Shown in pieces: positions 13,246 through 25,980 of a stretch of DNA of 64,000 bases. A program made the position numbers and the translations under genes. Every line of letters begins with the position of its first letter. The first letter of the stretch is position 1. A model generated the notes under the pieces. That model made no database searches. It saw only the letters and a program-made list of their open reading frames with translations, and had not been told where the DNA came from. Source of the stretch: Marsupella aquatica (taxonomy: Eukaryota; Plantae; Marchantiophyta); the NCBI GenBank assembly GCA_973895155.1, contig OZ316894.1:24612709-24676708 (forward strand). Direction: 5' to 3'.

Positions 13246-14739
13246 TATCCTAAGAGTAGTTCCTATATGAGGGGGCTGTGTATTTGATTCTATCCTTTAC
13301 CTGAGGATGGCCCAAAGGTCATTCTTTCCTTCCCACGCCTAATTGAGGACCATCCAAACGTGGTACAATGCACATGGAGCACTATAAAGAGGTCCTTTCA
13401 AGGTTGGACACTGGTCCTACACAACACAAATGGCCTTTGTTGCCATCAGAGGAAAGCCCCAAACCGTGGCCTTTCTGTCACCACCCAATAGCCCAGAATA
13501 AAAGTGACCCAAATTAGAGTTCCATAACACTAATTCATGCAGACAGAAATAGTGTTATGACAAGATTAGTATGAGTAACACTAATTCATAAGGAGATCCC
13601 GGAAATCTCTGCCCTCAATTAGTGTGAGTAACACTGCTTACCCGTCTGCTCACGGTGAGCGGTAGATTGTATTTAAAAACTGACAGAATCGACTTTGCCA
13701 CATAGGATCCCACATAGGATTTACAAGGGCCCACAGATGCCATGTAGGATTGGAGTTTCCCAACACAAAAGTGCCCCTGAGATTGTCTTTTCTCATGTAA
13801 AGTCAAACCACTACATTCTAATGACATACATGGTTTAGATTTAATCTTTATCAGAAAAAAAACTGAATGACCATAGAACCATTCCTCATGTAAAGCCACC
13901 CTAACTTGGACTTGTCCACTTTGCAATTAATAAAGCTGGACAAAGTACAGCCCCATACCCGTGCATTGCGCATTATTATTGATACTAAGTGATGTTGAAT
14001 GAGATAGAGTATTGTCCAGCATAAATGAGGTGATTGGCCAAGCAGTCGGAAGCTGCGAGGAGTCATCAAGTTGGTGTGCCGACTGGATTTCAAGGCATGA
14101 GTGTGCAGTCAGCACAGTGATGGGTTGCGCATGCATAAAAAATGTGTACAGGGACACCTTTAGGCCCATCTCAAGGTTAGGAAAAGAAGGCACCATATTC
14201 ATACCGTGAATTAAGGAAGCTTTTTACCAAATGATAGTTTGTAAGCAAACCATTAGAAGAGTGTAGGTTAGAGTGTTCAGTTGTAGTAGTCTGTGCATCT
14301 ACTGTAGGTAGCATAGTTTACTAGTGGAATCTATGAAATTGATGAGACAGCAAAGTCTTAGGCTGGGTCAAAGTCACACTCCTTGTCTTCTTTCCGAGTG
14401 AACAATTGGTGTTGTCGATGTTACTACAATAGCTACAGCACACTAGTTTAACCTTGGAGGAAGATACTGTCTGGGCTATTAGTCCTGCGGTCACATCTAG
14501 GGTATCATTTTCTTTTTCTTTTTGCTTTTTCTTCAGACTTTCTTCATTCGAATTTGTGCCTTAAAAGTAGAATATGTATTTGATGTGCCTTTCATTGACA
14601 AGGTGTTCTTCTAAATTATTGCCAATGGAACCTTTGCTGACATGTCTCTGGACTACGGATCTTAGGCCAGCCTCTGGGAAGATCATGAGGAGATTCTCCA
14701 GGTTCCACAGGTGCTCTTAGACCTCCTGTAAGTTGTAAG

Positions 14740-15032
14740 TAGCATTCAGGGTAGGGGTCTGTTCTGTAGATAGATTGATGGGGTAATTCTGGTCAAGGAC
14801 CCACTGGATGGTCACCTGCCAGGGTTCTTCATTGGCCGGTCTAGTGTGCTGCTCCCCTAGTAGTTAAACATTCGGTAGCATTCAGGGTAGGGGTTGTTTT
14901 GTAGATAGATTGATGGGATACTGTGGTCACGGACCCACTGGATGGTGACCACACCCCTGGATGGTCCCTTGCCAGGGTTCTTAACTGGCCGGCCTTTTGG
15001 AGTGTGCTGCTCCCCTAGTAGTTGAACATTCA
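14740..15032. repeat. Imperfect tandem duplication, ~137-bp period
   Basis: TAGCATTCAGGGTAGGG...TAGATAGATTGATGGG...GTGTGCTGCTCCCCTAGTAGTT occurs twice. Confidence 0.8.
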
Positions 15033-16398
15033 ATTTGGTCGTTTTTGGGCAGATTACGTTTCGGACCCTATGGGCCTGTGTTTTTAAGTAGTGTGATGCC
15101 GCGTGTTTAGCTGTCTCCCTGCTGAGGCCTGTCTTCTGCCTTGATGCCAGCCTCTAGCACTTCGATACCCAGTCCCCCCTTGGTGCTGTCCCCCTTCTCT
15201 GAGCCACCCTGTCCTATGCTGTCTCTTTGAATAGATTTCAATTGGATTTTTCAAGGCCAAAAAAAACTGTTCTTGTTCAAATCCCATAGAATTGCTCTGC
15301 CACATTCTCTCTTTGCGTCTAGATGCGTCATGAAATATTACATGAAACTACATTAGATTCAGTAGCATACATTGAATGGGCAGCCAGCGTACTCCCTCTC
15401 TTGATGGTGAAAAGCAAACTGTGCAAGTGTTTTAGTTTCGACATATTTGCAATGTTGCATTTCAAAGCTTTAGTTTCCAATTTACACGCATTCTCATGAT
15501 GCTCATGCAAACATGTCCAAGCAATTCATCTACAAATTGTCTAGAACAAGTGGTGAAGTTTACATTCTCATCCAATTGCTCTTCATTCCAGACGCAGGGT
15601 AGTAGAGCAAGTAAACATAATTGGAAGCAAATGAGAATGAGCTGCTTAACTCAGTCACAATAGTCACAATCACTCTATGGCGGTCCAATTAAATGTTCCC
15701 TCCCGAATGACTAAAAAATAATGACTAGTGTCATAAGCAATTTCTTATTCTCTTCTTTCTGCGAGAAGTCGCCAAATTCTAATTGAGAACATTGACGAAG
15801 AATTTTCGTAGGTTACTTGGCAGTGATTGGCAGCTGAAAAATTAGATACAAACTATGACCCAATGCAACCACCCGATGAACTTGTGCCACAATATACAAT
15901 TCTCTGCTCCAGATCTGCTGAGGTTTTTTACAATGGAGCATTTCTTGCTGAGATGGATGGAATCGATGCTTTGTAAGATCACGCTATACAATGTTTTCCC
16001 GTCTAGCATGCCAAGAATTCTGCGTTCTTAGAGCTGTGAAAATTGACACACCAAGCCAGAGAAATGTGAAACGGCCCAATAGAATGTACCCACTCGATTG
16101 ATGAATCGATTGCATGTTGATTTCGCGGTTGGTGGCCTCAATTGGAGCTCGCGACGAACCACCTTTCCAGAATTCCAACCAAACCAAGCTTTCCTTCACC
16201 TCGAAGGTGCACAATGAGGACCTTTTCTCACGTCTTGCATCTCAGCTTGGGAGGATTAGAAACTCAAGCTGCCTAGGTTCAAACGAATCATGAAGAAAAA
16301 GTCATTGGTCAAGAAAGGCTACCCGGAGAGATCCAGCTAGAGTGTCAACAAGGGGTGCCTGGGCTTGCCGGCCCGCAGTTGGTTTAATTAAGATCTGT

Positions 16399-17159
16399 TC
16401 AGAAAAAATCGGCAAAGAAAATTTCCCTTGGAACTCTCATCTCTAGCCGCGGAGGTGGCACATCTGTGTCGAACTCTGCCCCACTGCTCGAACTTGGCAG
16501 CTCTTCCGAGAAATCCATACCCATGTCTTCCATCCCCGTGAAGTCCATCGGTTGTTGCTCCTGCTCAAACAGTTGTTGCTGTTGTTGTCGCTGATCATGA
16601 AATTGTTGTTGCTGTTGTTGCTGCTGTTGCAACAAATGTTGTTGTTGTTGCTCTAATTGTGATTGTAGTTGCTCTTCTGTCTCAATTCGCGCAAGCTTAG
16701 GATGATGCCCAGCCTCCGAGGGAGGCACTGGTGGCAAAGCAGCTGCCAGTTCCCGTGGTCTCTTGCCGGCTGATGGTTGCCCGGTAATCACAGAATAATT
16801 ACTTATGTAGACAGCACTCTGGCTCGCTCGTGGGGCAGATGCGGTGAAAGTATCCTGATGGTGTTGTCTTAGGTCCAAACCCTTCGGATTCACCTCGTCT
16901 GCCACCGCACTGTTGCCAATGCTGGAACCCCGAAGAGAAGATATGACATTCGGCCTTGGTGGAAAATTCCGGATGGCTGGTGAATCCCGCATTGCCAAAG
17001 CTGACTCATCATACGCCATAGCTTCGCTATCGAACCTGATGCATAACCTGATGCGCACCCGTTTTTTCTCTGCTCTCTGGTTTTTGCTCCAAAATTCTCT
17101 TGGCTCTCTGCTCCAATTTTCTTCCACGGTCTTGGCCTCACAGTTCGCTAGTGGTAGTG
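16399..17159 (-). pseudogene. Degenerate AP2/ERF transcription factor gene with an intact polyQ/acidic C-terminal ORF (first ATG 17019)
   Basis: The minus strand reads H*RTVRPRPWKKIGAE...(frameshift)...KKRVRIRL..FDSEAMAYDESALAMRDSPAIRNFP, against the AP2 consensus HYRGVRQRPWGKFAAEIRD..[34 protein letters not shown]. Confidence 0.7.
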
Positions 17160-18379
17160 TTCAAGGGTTCACCTCCATCGCGACACTGCTGCTTGGTTGT
17201 AATCGCAACCCTAACTGGACGAGAGAAACAAATGTGTGAGGAGCTACGGGCTCGGCGCTTGCTTGAGCGACAGCCGGGGAGAAATTGAGATAAATAGGGG
17301 AGGTGTATCAGTCATCGATCAATCAAACGGCCACACTGACTGGCGAGCACAACGAATTGCATTATTGTGAGCACTGTTTTGGACATTAATCTCGAGTGCT
17401 GGGCACGGTGACCAAGTTTAGACATCTGAGTCTCTGGGTGCATCGGGCTAATTGGGTGCTGCGAAGCTAGTCATGCCCTGGAACGCCTCCTCTGGGAACT
17501 TACGAAAGAAAATACCCAGTCTGCCACCCGTCTACGGTTCACTGTATGTGATCTAATAATGAATGAACCTACGATCCAGGGCCCCGGGAGATCCGTTGGG
17601 CTTGGCATGACATTAATTTTAGAACTGGTCAAAACCATGTGAGAAGCGCAGAAGGGCCCTGCAGTCCCCTTTGGCACCAGAGAACGACACTCCGAGCCTG
17701 TAGTATTTTATGAGTTGTGGATGAACATCTTGCAATCTTGTTAGGTTTCGAACGTCGAGTCAAGGCAACACAATAATTTAAAAAGCTGGTATTGTTTCAT
17801 TTCATAACTGGACACAGCACGAGATTTGACCTCGTTCACACAAGTGCGAGAATCCTCGAGTAACTGCGACTGTCCCACATGTTGCCCATGATACTTCAAG
17901 CCACCTCATGAGCTTTTTGTTTCTCTTTTTGTTTCTCTTTCTGTTGATGGATTTTCACCTAGTCCAACCTCTAGATTGTGTCCTAGCTCGCTTGGGACCG
18001 ACGTGATGACTGTGGATTTTCTAATCTACTTTCCTATCTACTGTAGAACTCTCGAATTCTGTGCATAACTCGGTGCTTTTTCTTCGTGAGCGCATCTTTA
18101 GAAATTGAAAGTCAATGAGCCCATGACTGATCAGATGCTACCTCCCATCTGCAGTTTTCTTTATATTTTCTTGATGCAAATTGGCTCTCATATAAAGTTA
18201 TGAATCCTGGAAAGACATGTCCCCCGTTGATGACGCAGTCGCTTGAGTGCTTGACTAAACTTCATGCGCGCAGTGAAATTGACTGAGCACGCTGAGAGCC
18301 TGAGAGGCTGTAGACATAGCTGATCAGAGGTCCAGTCATGCTTAGATTGTAGATGTGCAGTTTATAGCAGTCAGCAGCA

Positions 18380-18490
18380 GCTCGACAAGATTGACTTGTA
18401 GGCCTGAAATATTCCAAGACTCTTATCTTGAGAAGCTCGACAAGATTGACTTGTAGGCCTGAAATATTCCAAGACTCTTATCTTGAGAAG
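18380..18490. repeat. Perfect 55-bp tandem duplication
   Basis: GCTCGACAAGATTGACTTGTAGGCCTGAAATATTCCAAGACTCTTATCTTGAGAA x2. Confidence 0.9.
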
Positions 18491-21400
18491 TCTCAAAGCC
18501 GGATGGACCTTAATTCCTTACACTAGTTGCGGGCAAAGGACACAAACAATTCTCAAAGTGGACATTTTGATGGACCTTCCTAGTTAGGGATTAAGGACAC
18601 AAAAAGTTAAGGACAACAAAATTCATAGTTGTCATAAGGATTGGTCTTGTGGTAGGATTGGTCCTGTGCCATTACCATTAGTCACTCTAGAGGCTGGTGA
18701 AAGAAAATAAAAATAAAAATTACCTATCCTTGTGAAAGAGTTTATATCAAAGTGCCAAAGGGCAAAAACTCCAAATTGGGAGACAGGGTCTGGGCAAGGG
18801 CAAAGCAACTTAATAAAGGGAAGGACATCTGATAGGGAAGGGCCCCAAGAAGACCCAAGAGGTATGACCGTTCTGAAAGAGTCATGACCACTGTTGAATT
18901 TCCAATTGTCACCCAGGAGGTGTAATGGTGTGTTGATTCTTGTAGATTGGATCACTAGCCTGATAAGAGATGAGAAGAGGAGGCAAAATAAAACTTGCAG
19001 AAAAAAGTATTCCCTCTTGTTTCCTTTCATCTTTATCCCATCCCCCTTATTTCCTGTTCATTTTTGTCCCATCCCTCTTCCCTACTTTCAGATTCCACCC
19101 TTGCTTTCAGTTACGCCCTCACTTAGAGTTATGGTCTAGGATTTATATGATCGCGTGTTAAATCTACGTCAAGTTAATACAGTTAGTATACCAGAACATA
19201 AACCAATACACTATATTTATGATCTATAAACCAAGGGATTTCAATGACACGTGTCTTGGTTTATGTTCTGGTTGTACGGTTGACGCGCGGACTTTATATG
19301 ATAACCTTTCCTAGGATTTATAAAGTTACAAATCCTAGAATGATACATAGAATAAGCCTGGAAGTAGCTTGTGATCCCACTTTATTAGTGGGTTTATTAG
19401 TTAGATTAGAGGGAAGACTACCCAAGGGAAAACTCACATGGCCAAAAGCCAGAAGTGGCTCGCATATGTTCAGTAGGTGAGATGGATCAGGGCTGCTTCT
19501 TGTTCTAAAGGCCGACTCCAACCAAAACTTGTCTGAAATGAACTTGAATAAATGCAAATCCATTGAATGAAGTAAATGCAAATCCCCTCCACTAAGGAAC
19601 TAAAATTTGCAAATGTTTGCAACCCAAAAATGTTCTGAAAGGAAGTTTAATAAATGCTTTCCCTTCATAGTACTCTGTTTTTTGCCTATTGTGTAAAGTT
19701 GGTACTATTTCTTGAGGGAAGGAGCCAAATGTTTGCCCCACCTCTGGAGGGTGATCTCCGCAACGACCACATGAGCATATATTCGGGCCCATTCCTTGCC
19801 TTGTAGGATGGGTAGGCACCAGACCTAAATGGAGGCCCAAGTAAGCTAATAACAGCTGTTTTCACTCATTCTATGCTCCAGATATAATCTTAGAGGGAAT
19901 ATTAAAAAAGACAATGGGCTTGACATGTTGTAAAGCCACCCTGAGGTGGAAGACGTAGAAACCCTGGTCCCTAGACTTGGCCACCAACCCGTACATTGAG
20001 ATGGAAGGGGGGAAGTTGAGGCCTGGATGGAACCCACCCTCGAACCATGCAATTGGGATGGACTTCTTGTGCAAAGTCCTTACCATTGAATGAACACGCT
20101 GACTGGGCCACCCTCCTCGGCCTCCCTCCTCTCTGGGCTGTTTTCACTTTTACTCTACTATTTTTGTTTGTTTTACTAAATTAGTATTCTAAGATTTTCA
20201 ATTGATACTTTTTTGTGACTCTCATATATTCTTTAATATATTGTATTGTTCTTGTTAATAAGTAAGTACTTTCTCTTTGATTACTATGATGTGGCAAAAG
20301 CTGTAAAATAAATTTGAGCGCATGCATTGATACCTTTACTCTCATTGAAAACGCCGCCGCAAGCCAACAAAATATTCACTTTTCCTCCACTTTTTTGTTA
20401 AGAGCATATATGACCAATTATGGTAACCTGATACAGAAGCAGCTGAGGAGTGACAATGGTGATCGAAATATTTGACTACTTATGGTAACCTGAAAATAGC
20501 AGCAGCTGAGTGACAGTGGTGATCAATACCTTCCCTAATGCGCCTCCCTTTGTGTCCCTACCCCATAGTAAATAAAACACCCCTCATTGCTTATACAGTA
20601 TATCATGTTGACAACAAGGTATTGTGGACCATTATTATTGCCCATGATCCTCTGGAAGACCTTAATTCACTTTCAAGCCATATTTTTTCGTTGACTAATT
20701 TTAATGCTAGTCAAGGACAACATTCTGCATGAATTGATTTCTCACGTCTTCTCAATAGTGCCCTGAAAATTACCAAGTTTAATAATTTAAGGGAAAGTAG
20801 AGGATAGAATCCAAATCTTGATTATGGAGTCTCCTCCACTTTTGCTTTGAAAAATCACGAAGGGCAAATTGAGGGAAAGGGAAAGGGATTATGATAATTT
20901 CTGTCACTGCTCTATTGAATGGAAAGGACACTCTCAACTCACGGTAAACAACGGGGGAATCTTCTACAGCGATTGAGAGGACAACAAACAAATAGCCAAC
21001 TGTTGAAAAGTGAAAATGTACAGGAAGATTTCATAAATGTCCTTCGAGCCATTATCAGTGGGTACGTGAAGGACATGATCATGTGGACGTTGTAGATCTT
21101 CAGGTCTGGAGAAATGCGCTCGAGTATCGACTGCGCACACACACCCCGGAGTAGTGAAATGGGTGATCGACAGAACCAGAATGAAGTGGAACTGTTTACA
21201 TTTACAAAGCCGAATCCCTCGCTACAATGGAAATTAACGCAGATTGCATTCTTCAGGTTCGGCACTAACGTGCAAACTGACACAAGGTAGTAGTGCCCCA
21301 ACTGCACAGTCTCCTTCATGACGCCCAAGGTGGGATTTCTTACTCCAATGTGAATTTCAACACCTCGCGTTTGCACTTTAGAGCCTATCTATCACCTCTT

Positions 21401-21750
21401 TCATGGAAACGAAAGGTGGCACAGTTTCTCATCCCACCTTACATCGAATTCAACGCTTTGTATACTTATGATACAGTCCTATGCTACACTCACTCTCTGA
21501 TGAAACACTGAGTGCATGTTCTATTTGCATTTTACATTTAATACTTTCTATTAGCACAGACCTGCAACCCTTTGTCTGTCAAAAGAACCAAAGAGCACAT
21601 TCTCTAAATTGCACCTTGTACACAACGTTCAGCAAACTTTGCAAGACTGGGTGTCTGAATGATGCAAACCTGGAATTGGCTGGAAGCTGTTGTGAGTGTC
21701 TTATGACTGAACTGACCAAGAGAAAAATTAAAAAAAGATTCAACAGTGAT

Positions 21751-23370
21751 CTATGCCGCCTCTTTGGGCAAATCAGAAATTTTTGGATCCTGCTGGAGAG
21801 CTGATTTGCCAGTCAGAAAAGTATTCTGTGGGGCCTGCCCCTTGATCGAGAAGATTTCCCTGATCAGCTTTCCTTTCCAGAACAAGATGGGGATGCAAAT
21901 CATCCAGACACCCGCCACAACAGCTCCTTCCGTTCCGAACGATTGCAGGGCGCCGTGTTTCGTGACCCATTTGACTTGGAAGTAGGGAACCGCGAACCCT
22001 CCGAGAATGCGAGCCCAGTTGAGCAGAGCACTGCATTCCCCTTCTCGACCAGGAAAGCTCGCGCTGACGTAGGAAATCACGGCCACGATGATGAACACGT
22101 TGCCCACCTGCACCATTCCCCAGCCGAATACCACGCCAGCGATGTTGGCCTTGTGCTCAATCGTCCAGCCGAAGAGGACCATGCCAGCAACGTAAAGAAG
22201 CAACCCCACCACGGTCCCGATCAAAGTGTCCTCTGACTCGAACACACCCTTGTCCCGTCTCACGCTCAGGTAGATCGCAAACTGGTTGAAAAATCTGGCA
22301 AGAATCTCTCCGAGGAGCACCGCAATAATCGGTGTCAGATAGATAGTCGACACGATATCGGGCTTGTACCCGTACCCGATCGGCTTGGGTGATTCCAGGA
22401 AGACCGGATTGGTGACATTGATTCCTACCGTGAAGCCGAACGAGGCCAAGGCAAGGAAGGCGATGAGGAAGAAGTGAGGACGCCAGAGCACGTCAACGAC
22501 GTCGATGGCTGCTTGCCACATTGTCGTTCTGTACCTACACAATTTCCACCCGGTCACACCGAGCAGAGTCTCGATGCGGTACCGCATTCCGCTGGTCGGG
22601 CGAGCTGGAATCGGCTGAAGGTGGCGGTCATAGATAGTCTCTTCGAAGAACAATGCGATCATGAGGACGACGAAACCGCAGTAGAAGCACGAGACTCCAT
22701 ACGCCCATCGCCAGCTCTGGCGTGCAGCAAGGTATCCGAGCAACCATGGTGAGACGTAGGGCGAGACAACGTAGCCGAACGTCCAAATGGTAACTTTGCG
22801 ATGGACGAGGTGGACGGGGAACATGTCCACAATGGTGTACAGTCCAGTCACCTGCGGTGCGGTGGAGAAGAAGGCGTTCAGGCAGCGCATTGCTGCAAAC
22901 GTGGTGAGGTTGGGAGAGAAAGTGCAGCCGATCTGAAAGGCGAGGCCCAACACTTGGGACCAGAACATCACCGGAAGCCTACCAAACCTCCGAATGAAGA
23001 GCACCGCCGCGACACCGCCAGGCCCGAGGAGGAAGATGGACCAGTTCGAGGTCAGGTTGTTGATGGTGTTCACGGAGGTCTTGAATTGAGCCGCCAGATT
23101 GAAAAGCGTCGCGATGCCCACGCCCGAGCAGAAGTCCGGGACAAACGCGGCGAGGGTGGCGATGAAGAGCATGAGAGCTTTCTTGCCATTGCTCCAGTTC
23201 TGAGGATCGTGCGGGCTGTCCGTCGGTTGTGGCCATAGCACGTACTTCCCATTCTTAGTGAGCTTCAGCTTGCTAGCGATCTCTTCGCCATACTCGATGC
23301 GTGCCTCTTCAGGATCCAAGACGTATCGACCATCTCGTTGTTCATGGTGTCCATGCACATCAGCTACCAT
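21751..23370 (-). CDS. Intronless major facilitator superfamily transporter, fungal DHA1/HOL1-like
   Basis: 539-aa ORF with about 12 hydrophobic segments. It has the N-terminal VLWPQPTDSPHDPQNWSNGKK motif typical of fungal MFS drug:H+ antiporter-like proteins, plus RRFGRLPV, IVDMF, SWRW and FFEETIYDR. Confidence 0.9.
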   Translation of the reverse strand: MVADVHGHHEQRDGRYVLDPEEARIEYGEEIASKLKLTKNGKYVLWPQPTDSPHDPQNWSNGKKALMLFIATLAAFVPDFCSGVGIATLFNLAAQFKTSVNTINNLTSNWSIFLLGPGGVAAVLFIRRFGRLPVMFWSQVLGLAFQIGCTFSPNLTTFAAMRCLNAFFSTAPQVTGLYTIVDMFPVHLVHRKVTIWTFGYVVSPYVSPWLLGYLAARQSWRWAYGVSCFYCGFVVLMIALFFEETIYDRHLQPIPARPTSGMRYRIETLLGVTGWKLCRYRTTMWQAAIDVVDVLWRPHFFLIAFLALASFGFTVGINVTNPVFLESPKPIGYGYKPDIVSTIYLTPIIAVLLGEILARFFNQFAIYLSVRRDKGVFESEDTLIGTVVGLLLYVAGMVLFGWTIEHKANIAGVVFGWGMVQVGNVFIIVAVISYVSASFPGREGECSALLNWARILGGFAVPYFQVKWVTKHGALQSFGTEGAVVAGVWMICIPILFWKGKLIREIFSIKGQAPQNTFLTGKSALQQDPKISDLPKEAA

Positions 23371-23550
23371 TTTTCCCCGTTAATCAGCTGCTGCCTCGAA
23401 TTCTATACTCCAACAAAATCTAAGGGAGAACCTTAGTCATGTCGACAAAATTCTTTCTCGCTTGATCTAGGACTGGTCATCAGTCAATCGACCGATTGAC
23501 GAGATGTCAGGCACGATAGATAGTTTAGGAGAAGTTCAGCAACTATGCAG

Positions 23551-23556
23551 TTTATA
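23551..23556 (-). promoter_or_regulatory. Candidate TATA box of the MFS gene
   Basis: TATAAA on the minus strand, about 180 bp upstream of the ATG. Confidence 0.35.
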
Positions 23557-25637
23557 CCTTCGAGTTCGAGATCGGTCGACATAAATTTTCATGCTACGGT
23601 GCAGACATCTCTTTCGTCTCTTTTCGTCTCTTTTCGAGATAAAAATCATTGTTTTCGGGGGATAGGTGAGGATAGACAATCAATCAAGTGTTTTTTTAAT
23701 TAACGAACGGATGGATCCTGAAGCAAGTGGTGACAATAAATATATAGGTAAAGAAAAGTCGCCTCGTTCGTCAGCTGGACCTTGTTGACTTGGGCACTTC
23801 GTCCTCATTCACACGAGTCTGTTCGGATTTTGCGACAATAAAGAAAGCAATAAAGGGGCAACTACTTTCCAAATAGCTTTCTAGAGTAGCCATTGCGAAA
23901 AGCCGAAAACCAAGGAAACTTGTTTAGTGACAAAGCGACTCCAATTTTAAAAGCTGCACGTCTCATCATGTCTTAGACAATGTCTCAGTTACTATTCAGA
24001 CCATCACCATTTCTCGTCTTTCCTAGGGTGGAGTCCATTCACTTGGAGATCTGATGGTTGCCAAGGCGGAGCAATGTTGGTGTAGGTCACTATTCAGACC
24101 TCCCCAATTCTAGTCTTTTTAGGGTAAGAGTAAGAGTTCATTCCCTTGGAAATCTGGTAATTGCAGATTCTAGGAGCGGGAGCAATGATTTTTGGTTTTT
24201 TTTAAATTAAAAAAAATTAGAGGAAAGGGGCGAGACCCCTGAAACTTTATTGATGGGAAAAAACCCGAACCAAAACCAAAAGAATCATGCCAGAGGGGAG
24301 GAGACAGGAGAACAAACCAACAAAAGAAAATGGGGCGGGAGCAATGTTGCAGTGTGTTGTAGATGTAGTTGTCTTCTCAAGGGTAAGAATTCATTTTATT
24401 GGAAATGTGGCAGCTGTAGATGCTGTCATTGTACTTGGTCTGCTGCAACCAAGGCAGCCCAGCTCAAGGAGGAGGGCATGTCCCGCGGCATGTTGCTCCT
24501 TACCCTGGGAATTTGTTATCCAGTAGAGTTTGGATGTGATGAGAAGAAATGATCAAAGCAACAACCTTGTCCCCAGTTTCTGTCCTAGTTGTGCCTTCTT
24601 TAGACAATGGTATTGTGTTGCACTACAATTGAGGACTTAAACATTCACTACTTGGTGGAAGGCTGTTGGTTTAAGAGCCTCTGACTTGACACATTCCTCT
24701 TCCTGGCCCTCTTATGTGGTTTACTCGGGCACTTTACCAAGCTGTTCAATTTATTTTGGAGTAGGGCTTTAGTCCCATTTTAATTGCACTGGCCATACTG
24801 TTGATTGATGTTTTTGGCTTTTGGTCTTTCTGGGTTTTCCCTTGAACATTTTTATTATTTGTTTGATTGGGTCTCCATTTGGGATCTTGTCTCCTGGTTT
24901 GGTGCTTTTTGTTTGGCAATGTGATATATATTTCTACACCAATGTCAATAGACTCACATAGAGGTGGAAGGGGTCAACCTTGCAGAGGAACGCCATAGAT
25001 AGCCACAATAGAGTAATTAAGGGCATCTCCAAGGTTATTGGGTTTGTGAAAGAGTAAATACCGAGTTTGACAATACCCTTTTGTTACTTTATTGTAAACG
25101 GTAGGGATGGTCAAATCCAACCCTTCATGGGTTATTTTCCCCCACATTAAAATCAGCTTCATAACACCATATAATCCTGCAACAAACCCACGACAAAGTT
25201 AAAACTGTAGCTCTCAAGTACAGAAACTGAGAAATATTTATAAATTTGTTATTCCATGAAATCCCAACAGACGTGGGGAAGAATGCAGCACCAGTTGCTT
25301 TGACACAAAACAGAACATGTCACTCATAGAGGTTGGATAAGCTTCATAACCTAGAACCCAAACTCACTAACTGGATACCATCAAACAATACCAAGATACT
25401 ATAAGAATCCAAGAAACAACCCCTCAAAGGACCAACTCATGCCCATCACCCTGAAAGAACCCTCATCAACCTGGCAGGACCCAATTCAAAAGATATCGCA
25501 AGGTCCAAACTAGCTCAAAAGCTAAACTGAAAAGTCACCACCCAACCATCTATTTCATGGAAATGTTGCTTGGAATGTGGACAACTTGTGCCTCAATGCT
25601 TATTCCTTTACAAGGTGTCATCTCCTCACCTCTTATT

Positions 25638-25980
25638 TGTTAGGTATTTACTCAAGGTCTAGGGTTATGACATGTAACTGTAGTTAGGCTAACCATAGTC
25701 GGAGATGTGATTAGGTTAACTAGGATGCACACTATATGCCAAGCGGTGTTTGCTTGGATAAGTGGAACTTAGACTCATTGTTATGGAGCCACTTGAGAGA
25801 TGAGGAGAGCTTACACTGTGGAGACTTGGTATGGCTAACGGGCTTAGAGTTCAGTAAAGCTCTCTTGTGTGTTCCCGTGGACGTAGCCTCGAGGAGGTGA
25901 ACCACGTATCACTTGTGTCGATTACTTGCACGTTGGATGTGTCATGTGCTTACCGTTGCGATTGTCGTCTATGCTCAACA
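25638..25980 (+). mobile_element. Solo LTR related to the Copia LTR at 29820/46854
   Basis: TGTTAG...CTATGCTCAACA, 343 bp, with a perfect 5-bp TSD TTATT on both sides. Shares GTGGAACTTAGACTCATTGTTA and GTGTTCCCGTGGACGTAGCCTC blocks. No PBS or PPT. Confidence 0.9.

Noticed and set aside
15700-16300. Possible decayed F-box-associated-like coding remnant on the minus strand
   Set aside because: Only vague fragments with many stops; not supportable by eye.
21773-23252. Several overlapping ORFs on both strands
   Set aside because: These are shadow frames of the GC-rich MFS coding sequence.
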